Shown here: piece by piece, positions 34,601-38,609 of the stretch
Layout: every line of letters starts with the position of its first letter
How positions within the stretch are numbered: position 1 is the first letter of the stretch
Assembly: GCF_001194135.2 (NCBI RefSeq)
Contig: NC_068989.1
Coordinates: 81,350,085 to 81,388,693, forward strand
DNA from: Octopus bimaculoides
Lineage: Eukaryota
Direction: 5' to 3'
DNA: 38,609 nt
The notes under the pieces: model-generated
Told to the model about the DNA's origin: nothing
The model's input: only the letters and a program-made list of their open reading frames with translations
Databases searched by the model: none
Position numbers and translations under genes: made by a program

Positions 34601-36927
34601 TTTTTCTAAGCCTATAAGTACTCGTATGTTTGTCTAGGTATACGTAAGACAGGCAGGTAGTTAAAATGGTCTGGCGTAGGATTATGTTTGTTCAGGCTTT
34701 CTATTTGAGGCCAACAATTGTCTCTGTCTCCCAACACACATTAATTTATTAAATCAGATAACTCTTCATTACCATCACAAGACATTTTCTCATGGTGCTA
34801 CACAGTGAGACTGAATCTGGAATCATGTGGTTGGAAACCAAACTTCTTAGCTCACGACACACCTACTGAGAAAATTAATTGCTTTTTGAAGTTGAAATTT
34901 ATGTTATTAGAAACATATTATGTCTATCAGTTTAATTTATACCTGAGTTTACAGTTTATAATTATTTTTCCTTTAGCAGAGATGTGAAAGAAAACATAAT
35001 TTATAACCACTCATCACTTTTGCGGGGAAAGTGGGGCAATTTTTTTTTCTAAGCTTATACATATTAATGTTGGATTTCAGAAAAAAAATTTTAATTTAAA
35101 TTTAAAAAAAAACTTTGGGGATTTTGTTTTGGACACTTTCGAGGGAAATTCAAAAAATGTGGAAGATAAGTTATTTTTTATGGAAAATGTAAAAGTATTT
35201 TAAGAAAATGTAAAGATATGTTAGGCTACAACAGGGCAGTTTAGAATATGTATATCAGGTTTTCGACAACCCCCAGATTCTGTGGTGTCAGATTTTAATT
35301 GATTTAATTTTTAAGTATTATATTATCCAAGACACAGTTGACGCTTTTGTGGGTAAGCAGGCCTGATCACAATGGACAAAATTTGCATGACTGTTCCTTG
35401 GTGACTGCATCAAATTTTGTCTTACGATTATGGTTTGAAATATATTGTTGGCGACTCTACTATAAGACATAAATATCACAAATTTTAGAGATTATAATTT
35501 TTATATCAATAAATAAATGTTAAATTCTTTGTGTACCTGGAGTCCAAAGAGGGCAAATATTTTGTTGACTAATATTTCTTCTATTTTTTCCTACTAAAAA
35601 AAATCAAAGTTCATATGGGTATCAATGACATGAATCTGAGACAAATTTCGGCGTAGTAAAAGTAATTTTTTAAAATATTTAAATCTATTCTAAGGAATTT
35701 AGAGTTCACTAGTACACCTAACGGGCACTAAATGCTTATTCTAAAAAGTAGGTGCCCATTAAATGTACATTCTTCTTCAAAAGTTAAAAATAACGTTTTA
35801 TTTTTTGTTTACTTTATATCAAAATATAATTCTTTATTTTGGCATAATTACTTATTCGAAATTACAAAAAACAAAAAATATTAAAAAACATTTAAAAATA
35901 TTCTAAGATTAGATAAGTTTATAGAATTGGCCCTTAAAAATTTATCAATGCCAAATTTATTATATGTATAAAAGAATATTTCTTGTATCTTGGGAAAATC
36001 ATCACGCCAATAATAATAACACGAGCTAGTTCAATTCTACTTCTCTATTATTAGTCAATTGATTAAATATCTAACCAACTAACTAATCGATCATTTGTTT
36101 AATGTGTTGGTGAAACAATCAATCGGTTGTTTGTTAGTCAAAGCTCTTTCGTCGCCGTTCGCAACCTTTCTAATGACTTAGTGATTTCTATCTCTCCAAG
36201 GTCTAATCTGAGATGACTCTTCCAAGACACAACAAGATTTATTTCAACAAGAATCTTGCAAACCAAATACAAAAACGAAATAAGAAAAAACATTTTTTTC
36301 AAATGTGTTTAAAACTGATTATTTGCATTTGAATATCAATGGTACAGGCAAACTTCAAAATATTTTAATAAAATTTGGTTATTTAATGAATAACTCTTTG
36401 CTGTTATTTTTCTGTCGCTCTCCTGATTATCATATCGGGATGTGGCAAAGACAGTCAGGATGTGGCAAGGGAGACGTCAAGTGCTATTGCAGTTTTTCAA
36501 ATTTTCGCTAGATTATTTTTGGAAAATGCTGTTCTGATGTAGTTTTTTCATGCTTATGACGAAAATTGCATTTATTCTTTTCAGAAAAATGATAATAAAG
36601 AAGCTACAAGCATTTAAAGTATGCAATTTTAACAATCAAAAACGTCCCACAAAGACAAAGATAAGACAAGAACGAAACCATTACATGATCTCCCTACCTG
36701 CTAGGAATAGGAGCCAGATTTTCTTTAAACTACGCCATAACGTCTGAAAATCAGAAAAGAGACACATTATACAGCATAGTTGGGGCTATGGGTTTTTTTA
36801 TTCATAATTAAAGCACCAATGCATCGTAATATAGTCATAAATTCACAGCGACACTAAATATGGTAATTATATGTAACCACGAACAAATGCTGAGCAAATA
36901 TTTGTTATTAATACACACAACGTGTTT

Positions 36928-36993
36928 ATGATTTTAGTACAGAGCTAACGTTGGTGTTCGATGATTTTAGTACAGAGCTAACGTTGGTGTTCG
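36928..36993. repeat. Perfect 33-bp tandem duplication
   Basis: atgattttagtacagagctaacgttggtgttcg at 36928-36960 and 36961-36993. Confidence 0.95.
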
Positions 36994-38609
36994 ATCTGCA
37001 AGAAATAGCACTCATATCTCTCTCGAATTACATATTATCGCCTTAAAGTATGAAGTGCACATCTTACAATGCAGACCATTATATATAAAGATGTGTCGTG
37101 GTCGAAATCATAGGTCTGCTAAATCAGAAATGACTGGTGCTACACAACACTGCAAATAGCACTATCACCAGCTGATATTTTCGGCTGTTGTCTCAGATAT
37201 GGAAATTTTAAAATCTAGTCAAAACTTACAAATTTGGTTTATTGATGTAATCTTTTACGCTAAATCCGAATTGGAAACTCATTTATTCTCAGAAAAATTT
37301 AGGAAAATGTGATAGAAACTCAAAGTTTGATCATTTTTAGTCCAATCAGAAAAGAGAAATCGGAAGCCGCGCATTTTCTATATGATGGCTGATTGTCACA
37401 AAATGACAGAGAGAAATAATAGAGGCACAAAGTGATATCGCTCGTTAAATTGCGGTGGTGGTTGCCGGTAGTGAGAGTGTCACAGTAGCACAAGGCAGCG
37501 TCCTTGTTACAATGAAAACAGGGCAGACTACAACTTTGTATGGAAGTAAGATACCAATGTGAGAGTGACAGTCGTATGTATAATGGTGGATTTCGATTGA
37601 CTAAAGTTACCAAAAATTCGCAAAATTTCAAAGCTGTTAACTTTTTATTTATTAATGTATGACAAAAGTGAATTTCATTCTCATAATAAGCATACAAAAC
37701 TAAATAAGTATAACCAAATTTGAAAATAATTGGAACAAAATTTTAAAAATACGAAAGCAACCGAAAAGATCCCCACCTGCATTCACCATCACTGCCAATA
37801 GTTGGTATACTCACACAAGCGTCTTCCTCGACTTTGTTTCCTCATAACTTCCATAAAAATGGGTATTTTTTAATGAAATTTTCTATAAATACCTTTCACA
37901 GTCTCTAGATTACGATTATATCAGAATTTGGTAGGAAAAACAATTGGCGGGCTCGTACACATACATACTGACACACATCACATATATCTACAAAATGAAA
38001 CTTGAAATTTCTAAAAAAAAAATGTGATGCATGTCAATATGTGAATTTACGAGTCCACTAATGTTCTTTTTCATATTGTAGTATTGATCATGGCAGATTT
38101 TTTTTTTTTACAAGGCTTCATGAAAATACATACAGAGCCAGTCTTATATCACCATCGTGTTTCACTGAAGCTGGAGGTCTTTAACAGATAATTGATGATT
38201 AAGCTGATCCTTCACTTCGCTGCAAAAGTATGGCTGCGTTGATTCCTCATCTATCTCCGAGTTGAGTATAGCGATATGAAAACAACTATTAGGAGAATCG
38301 CACTGGTCTGAGTATGGAGCTGTGAAAACGGCTTTGAGAGAGGAATTCAACTGGGACCGTAACGAACGAAGCCCCAGTTTCCTCGGGATTTTCGCGCTAA
38401 AACTTTCTGTTTATAAGGTCATTGTTGAAAGAAAATGCTAAAACTTATCACGCGAACAATTACTTCTGATTCGCTGAAATGGGATCTGCACGCATGATAA
38501 ACTCATAATTTACATGCGATCGGAAATGGAGTTGAAGTCAACTGCCATAATAATAAATAAGGATATAATCGTAATCTTTACACTCTATAAGGTATTTATT
38601 TATTTATTT

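Noticed and set aside
36385-36540. LLIIISGCGKD resembling a bacterial lipoprotein lipobox
   Set aside because: An in-frame stop lies upstream with no start codon, and the context is eukaryotic, so this is a chance match.
37160-38110. Possible non-autonomous DNA transposon interior
   Set aside because: I could not identify matching TIRs or a TSD, so no boundaries or family can be supported.

Overview
This is an AT-rich, repeat-dense eukaryotic window from a short-read draft assembly: three long N gaps, two 10-N gaps and a leftover Illumina adapter at 3065-3082. The SINE and LINE tails resemble cephalopod (Octopus-type) families, which is my recognition and not a database result. Most of the sequence is decayed transposable elements and microsatellites. 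These include Tc1, mariner, DUF4817-type and pogo DNA transposons; Merlin-, piggyBac- and mariner-type MITEs; CR1 and RTE LINE fragments; an ORF1-only zinc-knuckle retroelement; and tRNA-derived SINEs. Only one host-gene piece is well supported: a minus-strand terminal exon at 13202-12703 with a branch point, acceptor, stop and AATAAA, encoding an unrecognised coiled-coil C-terminus. The most notable unexplained structure is a complete minimal type I hammerhead ribozyme fold on the minus strand at 30013-30103. A second, truncated hammerhead-like motif lies at 7596-7620. No rRNA, true tRNA gene, CRISPR array or prokaryotic system is supported. Most ORFs in the supplied track are microsatellite, gap or antisense artefacts.
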